A DNA stretch of 64,000 bases. It comes from Bacteroidota bacterium. Lineage in GTDB: Bacteria > Bacteroidota > Ignavibacteria > UBA10030 > JAZGDE01. The stretch lies in the NCBI GenBank assembly GCA_036477295.1, contig JAZGDE010000046.1, positions 13,135-77,134 of the forward strand, read 5' to 3'. The translations under genes were made by a program, and so were the position numbers. Numbering within the stretch: the stretch's first letter is position 1; each line of letters begins with the position of its first letter. A model generated the notes under the pieces. That model had not been told where the DNA came from. It made no database searches and worked only from the letters and a program-made list of their open reading frames with translations. This document shows positions 19,153-30,169 of the stretch, piece by piece.

Positions 19153-21604
19153 TCAGCCTTTTTGCCTTTTCAGTTCTTCCAGTTCTGCCTCGATGGCGCC
19201 AAGAACCTCCTCATCGGTTTCCCGTGCCTTCAGGTTCATGAGCGTTTCGATCACCCGGTCGCCACCGATCCTGTCCAGCATGCGAATCGCCGCGAGCCGG
19301 ACCTCCTTCATTTGATCTTCCACCAGTCCGATGGTCCAATCCTGCACTGCCTTCTCGTTCTCGACGAAGCTTCTTAATCCGGCGAGCGCTACCTCGCGAG
19401 TCTTCTTCGGCTGACCGTATGTGGAGTACTTGATCAGATGCGGAACTGCCCGTTCGTCCTCGAGCGACGCCAGCACGGAAAGGGCTGCGTTACAAACACC
19501 ATTGTCGTACGAAGGGGTCTTGAGGTGCGAAACTGCAACATCGTAAGCGCTTGCTGAGTCGACCTTCGCATACGCCTTCAACGCGTCAGCGTTCACGACG
19601 TAGCTTGGATCTTCCTCCATTGCCTGCCGCAGGAAGTTCCGCACCCGTTGACCTGGAAACCGGCTCAGGTTGTTCACGACTGCCTGCCGCACCTTCGACT
19701 TCTGGTCTTTGTACGCCTCAATGAGTGCATCTTCGGCTTCTGGTATCGTCATTCTTCCGATCGCGTTCACCGCCTCCATCCGGACGGCCCAGAAGGGGTC
19801 TGAAAGCACAACATCTCGGAAGACCCGGAACGACGCTCCAGTGGACACCGCATCCGAGTCGGATCGCAACTGCTCCAACGCCGTCAAGCGTTCGACCGCA
19901 TCCCCACTCGACCGGAGTTGATAGATGAGTTCCTTGCGCGATCTTGGAAACCGAACTTCCTTGAGAATCCAATTTCCCTTGTCGAACACGACGAGAAGTG
20001 GTTTGGAGTCAACTGGGATGGTGAACTCCTCCTGCTTCTCTGAGATCAGCACCCGATGCGTTCGGGCGCCGGACGCAGTGGTAATCTCAATATCCAACGG
20101 CGTTCGAAAGATGTTCGTCAAGCTGTCAATTTTCTGCACCTGCTTTATTGACAGCGTAATGCTCCTTGCTGACTCATCCCAGTGAGAGGTCACCTCGAAC
20201 TCCGGATATCCTGCCTTATAGATCCACTGGTCGAAGAACCACGACAGGTTTTGTCCCGTCGATTCCTCGATCGCAAGTTTGAAGTCGTTTGTTTCGACGC
20301 TCCGATATTGGTACTGATGAGCGTAGTGGCGAATCGCTTTCCAGAACAGTTCGTCACCAAGTACAAAGCGAAGCATGTGCAGCACCATCGCTCCCCGTTC
20401 AAAGAGGTTCGCCCTGAATGAATTCACACTCACGATCGGTTTCCTCCCTGAGGTTTTGTCAGAACTGATTGCGGCACGCTGATCCCGATACGTGTTGTAA
20501 GCAAACTCATCCGTGCCGAGCCGGTATTCCTGGTGGAGAGCCTCAAAATACGTGGCGAAGCCTTCATTCAGCCAGAGATGCCGCCAATCCTTACACGTGA
20601 TTAAGTCACCCCACCACTGATGGGCAAGTTCATGGGCGATCAGACCTCGACTGCTCCGATCGAGCTCCGCGCGCTTGTCAAATACAGCAGACTTGTCGTT
20701 CAACGTTGTCGCTGAGGTGTTCTCCATGCCACCCCACATGAAGTCTGCTATGGTGACCTGAGCATACTTTTCCCATGGATACACGTATCCGATTTTCTGA
20801 GAAAAAAATTCGACCATGTCTGCGGTCTCCCGGAAGATCCGTTTCGCGTCCTCAACCTGATGAGGGTACACGTACGATGAGGACGGGAATATTGTTGTAC
20901 CGGTCTTCAAGGATCTCGTAGACCCCGGCGGCCAGCATGATGAGGTATGACACGTGCGGCTTCGACTGCTTCCAGTGGTATGTTCTTGTTCTGTCCTTCT
21001 TGTTCTGCTTTACGCTAACAAGCTCCCCGTTCGAAAGGACGGTGTAGTCGCCCCGGACCGTCGCGATGACCTCCGAAGTTGCGCGATCGTTGGGAAAGTC
21101 GTAGCATGGAAACCAGAAGTGGTTCTCCTCCGCTTCTCCCTGCGTCCAGATTTGCCACGGCTTTGTCGGATACGCACTGTCGGGCTGGACAAAGTACAAT
21201 CCCTTCTTTGGAACGCTGCTGTACACCGTTGAAATTGTAATCGTGTCCCGGAAACTGTAAGTCCTATCAAGCCAGATGCGCAGCACTTTCGGGAGGACTG
21301 CATACCGCAATGAGTTGCTGCTCCCGATCCTAACTAAGTGCACATCGAGTCCCTCGGCGTCGAAGTCAAGTGAATCAAGCTGCGGAAGCAACGGAACGAG
21401 CGTCGTGTTCACCGTTCCGATCACCATCTTCTTTGGCTCATCGAATTGCACTTCGATCCGATAGTGAAGGACGTCGTAGGTTCGACTTCGTGCTTCGCCA
21501 GGTGTCCATTCCGAGAACAGCTGCTGCGCTTCCGCGAAGGCCCAGGCTCCAAAAGATAGGGTAAGAAGAGAAGTGAGAATGCGAAACATCCGAAATTGAT
21601 TCAT
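19153..21604 (-). pseudogene. M1-family aminopeptidase (aminopeptidase N-like) split by a +1/-1 frameshift near 20855-20910
   Basis: The N-terminal ORF has a signal peptide MNQFRMFRILTSLLTLSFGAWAFA and the M1 N-domain, and ends ...NNIPVLIVRVPSSG*. The overlapping downstream ORF (TTG start) carries GGMEN and HELAHQWWG...E zinc motifs. The two reading frames overlap by 58 nt, so one gene is interrupted. Confidence 0.7.
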
Positions 21605-22047
21605 GGTTCTGTTCAGGAAGGATGATCGGATTACCGTGATAGGCCGACGGATGAAGGTACCGAATAATCTCGGATTATGCAATCGATTGATTCTGCGCTA
21701 CCACGGCAAGATGTTCTCCAATACGAGTGATCGCACACATCGAGTGGAATGGATGTGGGGTCAAAGCGATCATATTTGTTTCTTCCGAAGTCAACGCACA
21801 AAGCAACTCCTCTGCTCGGCATCTGGAGAATACAGACCACTGGTAGAGTTCCTGTGGGATACGCAGACGCGTTCCATCGATGCAGCCGTCAATTTGGCGT
21901 TCGCAGTTCAAATCAGCAAGCTCAAGTTAGCAAGCACGACCGTACAACACACAGAGAATATTTGATTTTCTTGGTGGTTTTGGTTAGAATTAGACACTTT
22001 CGTAGACAGCACCCTAGTCCGGTTAACTATAGGGAGACATTCAGTCT

Positions 22048-24072
22048 ATGCGGGGCTATCAGATCGCTTTTCTTGCGCTGACGAGTTTTGCCGTTGCGGC
22101 ATTCACGTTTAGGTCATGTGAGTCGGAACTGAAGGACGTCGCGGTCGCGCAAGTTGGTTCTCGAACGATCCTACTGGCAGATTTTGAATCACTCTACTTG
22201 AAAAGCAACAGCAGTCTTGAAAAAGCAAAGTCGTCAACGATCGAAGAGCGCGAGCGCTTCCTCGACCTTGTTGTCAACTATCAATTGAAAGTTGAGGAGG
22301 CCTACGAGCTGGGATACGATAAGAATCCGAAAATTGTCGATGAACTCCGGCAGTATCGTCAGAGTCTTGCGACGACCTACGTCGTCGAGCAGGAAATCAC
22401 CAAACCGGCGATCGACCTGCTGTACGAACGCCGGAAAGAGGAGATCCGTGCTCGCCACATCCTGATTGCGGTCGCAGAGAACGCCTCCCCTGAGGACACG
22501 TTGAAAGCCTACGAGCGGACGATGGACCTCATCCGGCGGCTACAGGCAAGCGAGAGTTTTGTGGAACTTGCCCGAGCATTTTCCGCTGATAGCGCCACGG
22601 GAAAGGGGGGTGGAGGAGACCTCTATTATTTCAGTAGCGGAACAATGGTGCCACCCTTCGAAGACGCGTGCTACCGTCTGCGCCCGGGCGAGATGACTCA
22701 GCTCCCGGTACGGACCAGATTTGGGTATCACATCATTCAGGTCATCGTCCGACAACCCAACCCGGGTTCGGTCCGAGTCAGCCACATCTACGTTCGAATC
22801 CGCCCGAACGATCCTCCGGCCGACACGCTTGCAGCCTACAAGAAGATGGCCGCGCTTCTTGACTCGATACAAACGCACGGCAAAGATTTCGCAGAGATGG
22901 CGGCCCGCCATTCTGAGGATAGGCGCAGCGCCGCACATGGCGGAGATATCGGCTTCCTGGCGCGACGGAAGATGGCTCTGGTTCTTGATTCCGTTGTCTT
23001 TTCCCTCGACGTCGGGGAGGTTTCCACCATCATCCGCGGTCCTCTCGGATTCTATCTCCTGACCGTGACCGAAAAAAAAACCGTTCCAACCAAGAAAGAA
23101 CTTGAACCACAGCTGCGTCGTATTTTCCAGCAACAACGGTTCGCGGGTGATTACGAGAAGCACCTCGACCAGTTGAAGGGCAAGTACGGTTACAAATTTC
23201 ACGAGGACGAATTCGCGTATTTTCTCTCCATGCTCGACACGAACAAAACACCGTCGGACTCGGCCTGGGCAGCCGCCTTCACGAGGGGGGACAAGAAGAG
23301 AGTGCTGGTTGAATTCCGTCCGACCGAGGTGTCACTGGGCGATTTCGTGAACACGTTATCATCACGCCAGGAATTCCTGGAGAGGCCACTGCGCGGAAAG
23401 AATCTTCGGCAAGCACTCGACAGGGTTGTTGAAATGACGCTCATGGACATCAAGGGCGAGGGATTTAAGCGGACAAACGGGACGTTTCGAAAAACCATGC
23501 AGGAGTTTAAGGATGGAACTCTCCTCTTTGAAGTCGAACAGGCAGAAATCTGGGGGAAACTGAAAGTCACCGAGGACAGTCTTCAAGCATACTTCAAACG
23601 ACATCGAGATCGGTTCCAATTCCCCCAGCGCGTTGAGTTCACGGAAGTCTTCACTCCGTGGAAGAAGACTGCAGACAGTTTGTATGCGGCCTTGAGAAAG
23701 GGAGCCGCTGTGTTTGACTCTCTCACTGCGAGATACCTCCGGCTGGCCATGAGAAAAACAAAGGGCAAATGGGAGCTGCGACCGGCTGACGAAAACGACC
23801 TAACGAGGAAAACAGTGAACCTAGGAATCGGGGAGATTTCCGAGCCCATTTCGTATCAAGGTGGATACTCCATCATCCGGCTCGATAAGAAACAGCCACC
23901 ACGATTGAAGACATACGAGGAAGCGGTATCAGAACTCGCGAGCGCATACCAGGAAGCGGAAGCGAAACGTTTGGAGCGTCAGTGGCTAGACCGGCTACGA
24001 CAGAAATACCCAGTCACTGTGTACAAGGATCGGCTGCCGCTTGCATTTGCGCGTGGAGAAGTCAAACAGTGA
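22048..24072 (+). CDS. SurA/PpiD-like periplasmic chaperone with two parvulin (PpiC-type) PPIase domains
   Basis: 674 aa, signal peptide, SurA-N-like region, then two PpiC domains (HILIAV...GYHIIQV and HIYVRI...GFYLLTV). Confidence 0.75.
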   Translation: MRGYQIAFLALTSFAVAAFTFRSCESELKDVAVAQVGSRTILLADFESLYLKSNSSLEKAKSSTIEERERFLDLVVNYQLKVEEAYELGYDKNPKIVDELRQYRQSLATTYVVEQEITKPAIDLLYERRKEEIRARHILIAVAENASPEDTLKAYERTMDLIRRLQASESFVELARAFSADSATGKGGGGDLYYFSSGTMVPPFEDACYRLRPGEMTQLPVRTRFGYHIIQVIVRQPNPGSVRVSHIYVRIRPNDPPADTLAAYKKMAALLDSIQTHGKDFAEMAARHSEDRRSAAHGGDIGFLARRKMALVLDSVVFSLDVGEVSTIIRGPLGFYLLTVTEKKTVPTKKELEPQLRRIFQQQRFAGDYEKHLDQLKGKYGYKFHEDEFAYFLSMLDTNKTPSDSAWAAAFTRGDKKRVLVEFRPTEVSLGDFVNTLSSRQEFLERPLRGKNLRQALDRVVEMTLMDIKGEGFKRTNGTFRKTMQEFKDGTLLFEVEQAEIWGKLKVTEDSLQAYFKRHRDRFQFPQRVEFTEVFTPWKKTADSLYAALRKGAAVFDSLTARYLRLAMRKTKGKWELRPADENDLTRKTVNLGIGEISEPISYQGGYSIIRLDKKQPPRLKTYEEAVSELASAYQEAEAKRLERQWLDRLRQKYPVTVYKDRLPLAFARGEVKQ

Positions 24073-24944
24073 ATGCATTCGTCCAACGATGTTCTTCTTG
24101 GGGGATTCTTCCAATTCTCCTGCTCGGCTGCGCGGAACGACGTACTAGCGACTCCCATGTGGCACGTGTAAACGAGAGCTACCTCACGATGGAAGAGCTC
24201 CCCGAACATACCGACACCACTTCGATAGCGAGTCCTCAGGCTCACGCGTACGTGAGCCGGTGGGTCAGTCGGGAGCTGCTGTTCCAGGAAGCGCGGCGGC
24301 GGGGACTGGATAAGTCACCTGAGATTAAGACAAGAATCGACGAGATCGAAAAGCAGCTCATCGTGACGCTCTTGCTGGATAGGGAAATCTACAATGAGCA
24401 GCTCGTGAACTTTTCGAATGAAGAACTTCTGGGGTACTTCGAGAATCACACTGAAGAATTTTTTCTGCAGACTGATGTTGCAAAGACCAATTACGTCCTC
24501 TTCCACGGTCGAGAATCCGCAAGCGCTTTCCGCAAGCGTGTCCGCCGTGGAACATCATGGTACGATGCCGTAAGCGATGTCGAGAAGGATACTGTAGCAT
24601 CAGCTGCAATCATCCAGCGAGGGGACTCCCTTTACATCACCGAACAGGAGCTGTTCCCGCCCGCCGTCTGGCAGGTGTTGATCAAAACGAGTGCCGGACA
24701 GATTTCCTTCCCTGTGAAGACGGACCAAGGCTATTTCGTTTTCCAGCTCCTCGGTTTTCAGAAACGAGGCACGCGCGCGGAGTTCCGCTACTCCCTTCCA
24801 GAGATCCGGGAGCGTCTTATCGTTGAGAAACGTCGGAAACTATTGGACAGTCTCCTGAGTGAACTCCGGCAGCGCTATACCGTTGAGGTCAACCTTGGAG
24901 AAACTTCTGAACAAGATACGTTGCATGGCCCGAACAAGCAATAG
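24069..24944 (+). CDS. SurA N-terminal-domain-like lipoprotein (chaperone domain only, no PPIase domain)
   Basis: GTG start overlapping the upstream TGA (GTGA). Lipobox ILLLGC. SurA_N/PpiD-like helical region. Confidence 0.55.
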   Translation: MNAFVQRCSSWGILPILLLGCAERRTSDSHVARVNESYLTMEELPEHTDTTSIASPQAHAYVSRWVSRELLFQEARRRGLDKSPEIKTRIDEIEKQLIVTLLLDREIYNEQLVNFSNEELLGYFENHTEEFFLQTDVAKTNYVLFHGRESASAFRKRVRRGTSWYDAVSDVEKDTVASAAIIQRGDSLYITEQELFPPAVWQVLIKTSAGQISFPVKTDQGYFVFQLLGFQKRGTRAEFRYSLPEIRERLIVEKRRKLLDSLLSELRQRYTVEVNLGETSEQDTLHGPNKQ

Positions 24945-26223
24945 CGACTGGTGGCTCCTGGCGGTCCTGCTTCTCACTGCCAGTCCCGCGAATGAGGCTG
25001 TTCATGCACAGACAGTCATCGATCGGATCGTGGCTGTGGTCGGAAACGAGATCATTCTCGAATCTGAACTGAACGCAAGCGTTCAATTCTACGTCTTCAA
25101 CAATCGGATCGATCCCAACACACCACGACTGAAAGAGCAAGTGCTCGAAGCGATGGTCAACGAAAAGCTGATGCTCGCGAAGGCCATTGAAGACAGCATC
25201 GTGGTGAGTGAGGAGGAAGTGACTCAAGAACTCGATCGTCTCATTCAGCAGGGGATTCAACGGCTCGGGTCAGAACAGCGACTGGTGGAAAGCTACGGCA
25301 TGCCGGTCAGCCGCATCAAACTTGAATTTCGCAATGAGACTGAAAACCAATTGATGGTCAGCAGGCTCCAGCAGATGAAGTTCGGATCCATCATGGTCAC
25401 GAGGCGTGAGGTAGAAGAGTTTTTCTCCACTTACCAGGACAGCCTGCCGAGAGTTCCGGAACAGGTGGAACTTCGCCATATTTTCATCGTTCCGAAGGTA
25501 GATGAGAAGACCAAAGCGAGAACGTACGCGAAAGCGCGGACAATCCTGGACAGCATCCGGGCGGGCGGCGACTTTGCAGATTTTGCCCGACGGTACTCCC
25601 AGGATCCTGGCTCCGCCGCACAGGGCGGCGACCTTGGTTTCGTACGACGCGGTCTGTTCGTGAAGGAATTCGAGGAGGCGGTGTTTGCATTACAGGAAGG
25701 TGAGTTGTCAAACGTCGTGGAAACGGATCGCGGTCTCCATATCATCCAACTTCTCGAACGGCGCGGCGAATCAGTTCATCCCCACCACATTCTTATCAAG
25801 GTCGAACGGGATGAGACAAGCGATCAGGAGACGATTGCACTCTTAAAGAGTCTCAAGGACAGCGTGCTCAACCAGCAGGAAACCTTTGCCGAGATGGCAA
25901 GAAGACACTCCGAGGACGAGGAAACAAACAACATCGGCGGCTCGCTCGGGTTGATTCCCCTTGATCAGCTCGACCCGAACATCATCACAACCGTCCGCGA
26001 GCTGGAGGAAAAGGAAATCAGTGACGCGGTACGGGTGCCGTACGGAGACACGTACGGCTATCACATTTTCCTTCTCGAAAAACGTCTGCCTGACCATGCG
26101 ATGAATTTGAAGGATGACTGGAAAACAGTAGAACAGTTCGCCACCTCACACAAGCGCAACGCCGAATACAGCCGATGGCTCGAGGAGCTTAACCAGAGTA
26201 TCTACTGGGAAGTACGCTTGTAA
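24925..26223 (+). CDS. surA: Periplasmic chaperone SurA (two parvulin domains)
   Basis: Start at ATG 24925 (MARTSNSDWWLLAVLLLTASPANEAVHAQ signal peptide). SurA N-domain and two PpiC domains. Confidence 0.8.
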   Translation: MARTSNSDWWLLAVLLLTASPANEAVHAQTVIDRIVAVVGNEIILESELNASVQFYVFNNRIDPNTPRLKEQVLEAMVNEKLMLAKAIEDSIVVSEEEVTQELDRLIQQGIQRLGSEQRLVESYGMPVSRIKLEFRNETENQLMVSRLQQMKFGSIMVTRREVEEFFSTYQDSLPRVPEQVELRHIFIVPKVDEKTKARTYAKARTILDSIRAGGDFADFARRYSQDPGSAAQGGDLGFVRRGLFVKEFEEAVFALQEGELSNVVETDRGLHIIQLLERRGESVHPHHILIKVERDETSDQETIALLKSLKDSVLNQQETFAEMARRHSEDEETNNIGGSLGLIPLDQLDPNIITTVRELEEKEISDAVRVPYGDTYGYHIFLLEKRLPDHAMNLKDDWKTVEQFATSHKRNAEYSRWLEELNQSIYWEVRL

Positions 26224-26244
26224 AGTCCTCTCAACGACAGAACA

Positions 26245-27261
26245 ATGAGGAAGGTTGTGCCAACAGTCACAAAGCGAAAACACACCGGTGATGTCGAAGC
26301 CGTTCGCGCACTTCAACAGGCCTACAATGATCTCCGCAAAGAGATAGCCAAGGTGATCATCGGTCAGGATAAGATCATCGAACAGCTGTTGACATCGCTG
26401 CTCGCCCGTGGACACTGTCTTGTCGTCGGTGTGCCGGGCCTGGCCAAGACTCTGATGATCAAAACCTTGGCCCAAGTGCTCGACTTGAAGTTCAGTCGAA
26501 TCCAGTTTACCCCTGATCTCATGCCGAGCGACATCACTGGAACGGAAATCATCGAGGAGAACGTCTCGACGGGAGAGAAAAACTTCAAGTTTGTCAGGGG
26601 ACCTGTCTTCGCCAACATCATCCTCGCCGATGAGATCAACCGCACGCCGCCCAAGACGCAAGCAGCTCTACTGGAAGCAATGCAGGAATACCACGTCACG
26701 GCGGCAGGAGAAACCTACACCCTGGAAGAACCATTTTTCGTACTGGCGACCCAAAACCCGATCGAGCATGAAGGCACCTACCCGCTACCAGAAGCGCAGC
26801 TCGACCGGTTCATGTTCAACCTGTGGATCGACTACCCCTCGTTTCAAGAAGAAATCGATATCGTCAAATCCACAACGAGTCCTTACCAGCCCGAGCTTCG
26901 CCGTATCCTCAGCGCGAAGGAGATCATCGAATTCCAAGAACTTGTACGACGTGTTCCGGTGGCTGACAACGTTATCGAGTACGCTGTGACGTTGGTCGAC
27001 AAAACTCGACCAAAATCGCCGAACGCCCCGCAGTTTATCAAAGATTGGCTGAGCTGGGGGGCGGGACCGCGCGCGTCCCAGTACTTAATCCTTGGGGCAA
27101 AAGTGCATGCCATTCTCGACGGACACCATACACCCGAGATCGAGAACGCTCGGGAGATGGCTGGTCCGGTCTTGCGACACCGGGTCGTGACGAACTTCAA
27201 CGCCGAGGCGGAAGGAGTGACCGCAATTGACATTGTAGAGAAACTGCTGTCGACTGAGTGA
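26245..27261 (+). CDS. MoxR-family AAA+ ATPase
   Basis: 338 aa. Walker A GVPGLAKT, Walker B ILADEINR, MoxR-specific C-terminal region. Confidence 0.85.
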   Translation: MRKVVPTVTKRKHTGDVEAVRALQQAYNDLRKEIAKVIIGQDKIIEQLLTSLLARGHCLVVGVPGLAKTLMIKTLAQVLDLKFSRIQFTPDLMPSDITGTEIIEENVSTGEKNFKFVRGPVFANIILADEINRTPPKTQAALLEAMQEYHVTAAGETYTLEEPFFVLATQNPIEHEGTYPLPEAQLDRFMFNLWIDYPSFQEEIDIVKSTTSPYQPELRRILSAKEIIEFQELVRRVPVADNVIEYAVTLVDKTRPKSPNAPQFIKDWLSWGAGPRASQYLILGAKVHAILDGHHTPEIENAREMAGPVLRHRVVTNFNAEAEGVTAIDIVEKLLSTE

Positions 27262-27393
27262 GGGCAGAATTCCGCTCGGTCTCAGCCCGTCGTCACGACT
27301 ACGTCGGGATGGTGTGACTTCTCATACCCTCTGGATGATCCCCCCCTGCTGTGGTGAAAGAGTTGCTCTTGAACCTCTTGACCTGAAACCATC

Positions 27394-29445
27394 ATGCGAT
27401 TTCGAAGCCTCTTCAACTTGAACATCTGGCCGCTCTTGCTCGTCTATTTTCTTCTTCCCTCTGCAATCCTCCAATCGCAGACGCATAAGTATTGGATCTT
27501 CTTGAAAGACAAGGGTCCGGATCGCTCTTCTTTCATTGCACGAAAGTACTCCCTCAACCCTGAAGATCTCTCGCTTCTTGGTCTGACAGAGCGAGCAATC
27601 GAGCGTCGATCGAAAATGCAGCCAGTGGATGGTGTCATCGATGCGGCCGATATTCCGCTCCATGAACCGTATCTTGCAGCGCTCCGGCAGTTGGGGATTC
27701 GCACACTCAGAAGGTCAAAATGGCTGAACGCTGTCAGTGCGGAATTGTCGAGGGAGCAGATCAACGACGTCCTGCATCTCCCGTTTGTGCAGGAAGTTAG
27801 CCCCGTCGCGGTGTTTCTTCGCAGGGAACCTGCGCTGGAGAAATCAGGCCCCCAATCGCTTACACACGAGGCCACAACGCACGTATTCGATTACGGTCCA
27901 TCACTGACGCAGCTCGAACTGATTCGGATTCCAGAACTGCACGACATGGGCATCACGGGAGCAGGCGTGTTGATCGGGATGCTCGACACCGGATTCCGGT
28001 GGAGAGACCATGAGGCTCTGATGAACATCGAAGTTATCGCAGAGTATGATTTCATCAATAGTGACTCTGTAACTGCCAACGAGGCCACTCAGGACAGCTC
28101 TGATCAAGATAGTCACGGTACGCGCACGCTGTCACTCGTCGGGGGATTCAAGGAAGGACAGCTCGTTGGAGGAGCCTTTGGCGCAGACTTTCTCCTCGGT
28201 AAGACAGAATACGTCCCAACTGAGACAAAAATGGAGGAAGATTACTGGGTCGCTGGCATTGAGTGGATGGAAGGCCAGGGTGTCGATGTCGTCTCAAGCT
28301 CCTTGGGCTATAGTATTTTTGACGATAGAACAGGCTATCGATGGGAAAACGGGGATTTCGATGGCAGAACGACGAAAGTTGCCCAGGCAGCAGCTGTTGC
28401 CACCCGAAAAGGTGTTTTGGTTGTAACGGCCATGGGAAACGAAGGAAACGGAAATGGCGTAATTGGAACAATGTTGTCACCAGCGGATGCTGATAGCATT
28501 CTTTCCATAGGTGCTATTTCCACGTCGGGATCTTTAGCGAGCTTTAGTTCAACTGGTCCAACAAACGACGGGAGAATCAAACCTGATGTTGTTGCGCTTG
28601 GGGTGAGTGTGTACTCCGCAACCGCTTCAACGGCGGGATACACCTCTGTGAACGGTACGTCCTTTTCAACGCCACTAGTCACAGGAGCAGCCGCATTAGT
28701 ATTGTCCGCACGTCCAGAGCTTACACCGATCCAAATCGGTGATGCGCTCCGTTCTACTGCTGACCGAGCAGGCGCTCCGGACAATTTCCACGGATGGGGG
28801 CTGATTAATACCGTAGACGCTCTGCAGTATCCTACGCTCAAGGTAGACAACCTTATCAATAACATTGAGATTTTTCTTGCCTCAGCAAGCGGAATAGTTC
28901 AAGGGTCACCCACGCTTTACTTCGCACGCGGAGAGGAGCCGACATTCACGGGACTCCCGATGGCATTGAGCAGACCCTATCGGAACACAACACGGGGAGT
29001 TTACTCGGCGAACATACAACCCGAACAAGGGGGCAACGTCCTCCGGTTCTATATCGAAGCGTCAGACAGTGTGCTTGGCACGTTCACAATTCCGTCCCTC
29101 GCCCCGGTGCTCACGTTTTCGTTTGTCGAAGGCGAGACTATTCTCTTCCCTCCGTACAAAAAAGCGATGTTGATTCCAGTCACGTTTAAGCTCTACCAGA
29201 ACTATCCGAATCCTTTTAATCAGGGAACCATCATTCGGTACGATTTAACGGAACCGGGCGAGGTGACGTTGAAGGTTCATGACGTTCTCGGGCAGTTGGT
29301 CGCGACCCTTATCGACGGACAGCTGCAGGCTGCTGGAGAGTATCAAATTCGTTTCAGCAATTTGAGCTTGGCAAGTGGCGTCTATTTCTATGCACTCCGT
29401 ACGGGTGAGTTTACCGATGTTAAGAAGATGATCTTGATTAAGTAG
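27394..29445 (+). CDS. Secreted S8 (subtilisin-like) serine peptidase with T9SS C-terminal sorting domain
   Basis: 683 aa. Signal peptide. Asp/His/Ser catalytic triad motifs (GMLDTGF, HGT, GTSFSTP). C-terminal YQNYPNPFNQGTIIRYDL...VYFYAL Por/T9SS CTD. Confidence 0.8.
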   Translation: MRFRSLFNLNIWPLLLVYFLLPSAILQSQTHKYWIFLKDKGPDRSSFIARKYSLNPEDLSLLGLTERAIERRSKMQPVDGVIDAADIPLHEPYLAALRQLGIRTLRRSKWLNAVSAELSREQINDVLHLPFVQEVSPVAVFLRREPALEKSGPQSLTHEATTHVFDYGPSLTQLELIRIPELHDMGITGAGVLIGMLDTGFRWRDHEALMNIEVIAEYDFINSDSVTANEATQDSSDQDSHGTRTLSLVGGFKEGQLVGGAFGADFLLGKTEYVPTETKMEEDYWVAGIEWMEGQGVDVVSSSLGYSIFDDRTGYRWENGDFDGRTTKVAQAAAVATRKGVLVVTAMGNEGNGNGVIGTMLSPADADSILSIGAISTSGSLASFSSTGPTNDGRIKPDVVALGVSVYSATASTAGYTSVNGTSFSTPLVTGAAALVLSARPELTPIQIGDALRSTADRAGAPDNFHGWGLINTVDALQYPTLKVDNLINNIEIFLASASGIVQGSPTLYFARGEEPTFTGLPMALSRPYRNTTRGVYSANIQPEQGGNVLRFYIEASDSVLGTFTIPSLAPVLTFSFVEGETILFPPYKKAMLIPVTFKLYQNYPNPFNQGTIIRYDLTEPGEVTLKVHDVLGQLVATLIDGQLQAAGEYQIRFSNLSLASGVYFYALRTGEFTDVKKMILIK

Positions 29446-29513
29446 CATGTGCGACGTTTCCTGGACCTGCGCCGCAGATAGATCTCAAATCGTACACAGC
29501 CATCTAACGAGCC

Positions 29514-30026
29514 ATGAAACCCTACAAAACACTTCTCGAAGAATCTCTTGAAGCCTGGGCGTACGCACGCCAGGGCGTGATCGACGAAGTGAAGAACATC
29601 CCCGCAAAGGATTTCAGCTTCCGGGCGACGCCGCAAAACCGGAGCGTGGTCGAGCTGGTGCAGCACATCATCGAATCGGGTCTGATGATGAGCGGCGAGC
29701 TCACGCGGCCGGACGGAAATTTTCTGCGCGAGTCGTACCCTCGGTTTATCAAGGAATATGCGAGTCACGTTCACAAGAGCGCGTCGAAAAGCGACTTGCT
29801 GGCATTATTGAAATCCAGCCATGCACAAGGTGACAGGAAGTTCCGCGAGGTTGGAGAGCTCTTCATGCTGCAACACATTACCCGCTTCGATGGCCTCAAG
29901 GGCACGCGGCTCGCATGGATGGGACATGGCATTTCGCACGAAGAGTACCACCGCGGGCAGTTGGCACTCTATGCCCGGCTCCTTGGTCTCGTGCCAGCGC
30001 TTACTAGACAAATCATGGGTGAATGA
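29514..30026 (+). CDS. DinB-family (DinB_2) protein
   Basis: 170 aa. Conserved His pattern (VQHIIESG, HGISHEEYHRGQL). Confidence 0.65.
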   Translation: MKPYKTLLEESLEAWAYARQGVIDEVKNIPAKDFSFRATPQNRSVVELVQHIIESGLMMSGELTRPDGNFLRESYPRFIKEYASHVHKSASKSDLLALLKSSHAQGDRKFREVGELFMLQHITRFDGLKGTRLAWMGHGISHEEYHRGQLALYARLLGLVPALTRQIMGE

Positions 30027-30039
30027 GCTAAGTTTCGTC

Positions 30040-30125
30040 CCGTCACCCGCGACGCGGTCCACTCACGAAGTGATGCCTGTGGCAAAAGTGACGGCTTCGC
30101 CGCGGGAACTTCGTGAGAAGTGACC
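30040..30125. repeat. REP-like palindromic element (CACGAAGT/ACTTCGTG cores, GGCTTCGCCGCGGGAACTTCGTG block)
   Basis: Internal hairpin ctcacgaagt...acttcgtgag. Shares a 21-nt exact inverted match, plus other motifs, with the element at 32525-32660. Confidence 0.5.
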
Positions 30126-30169
30126 CCTTTGGGGAAGAGAGAGCTTTGCCATAACGACGATTCAATCCG

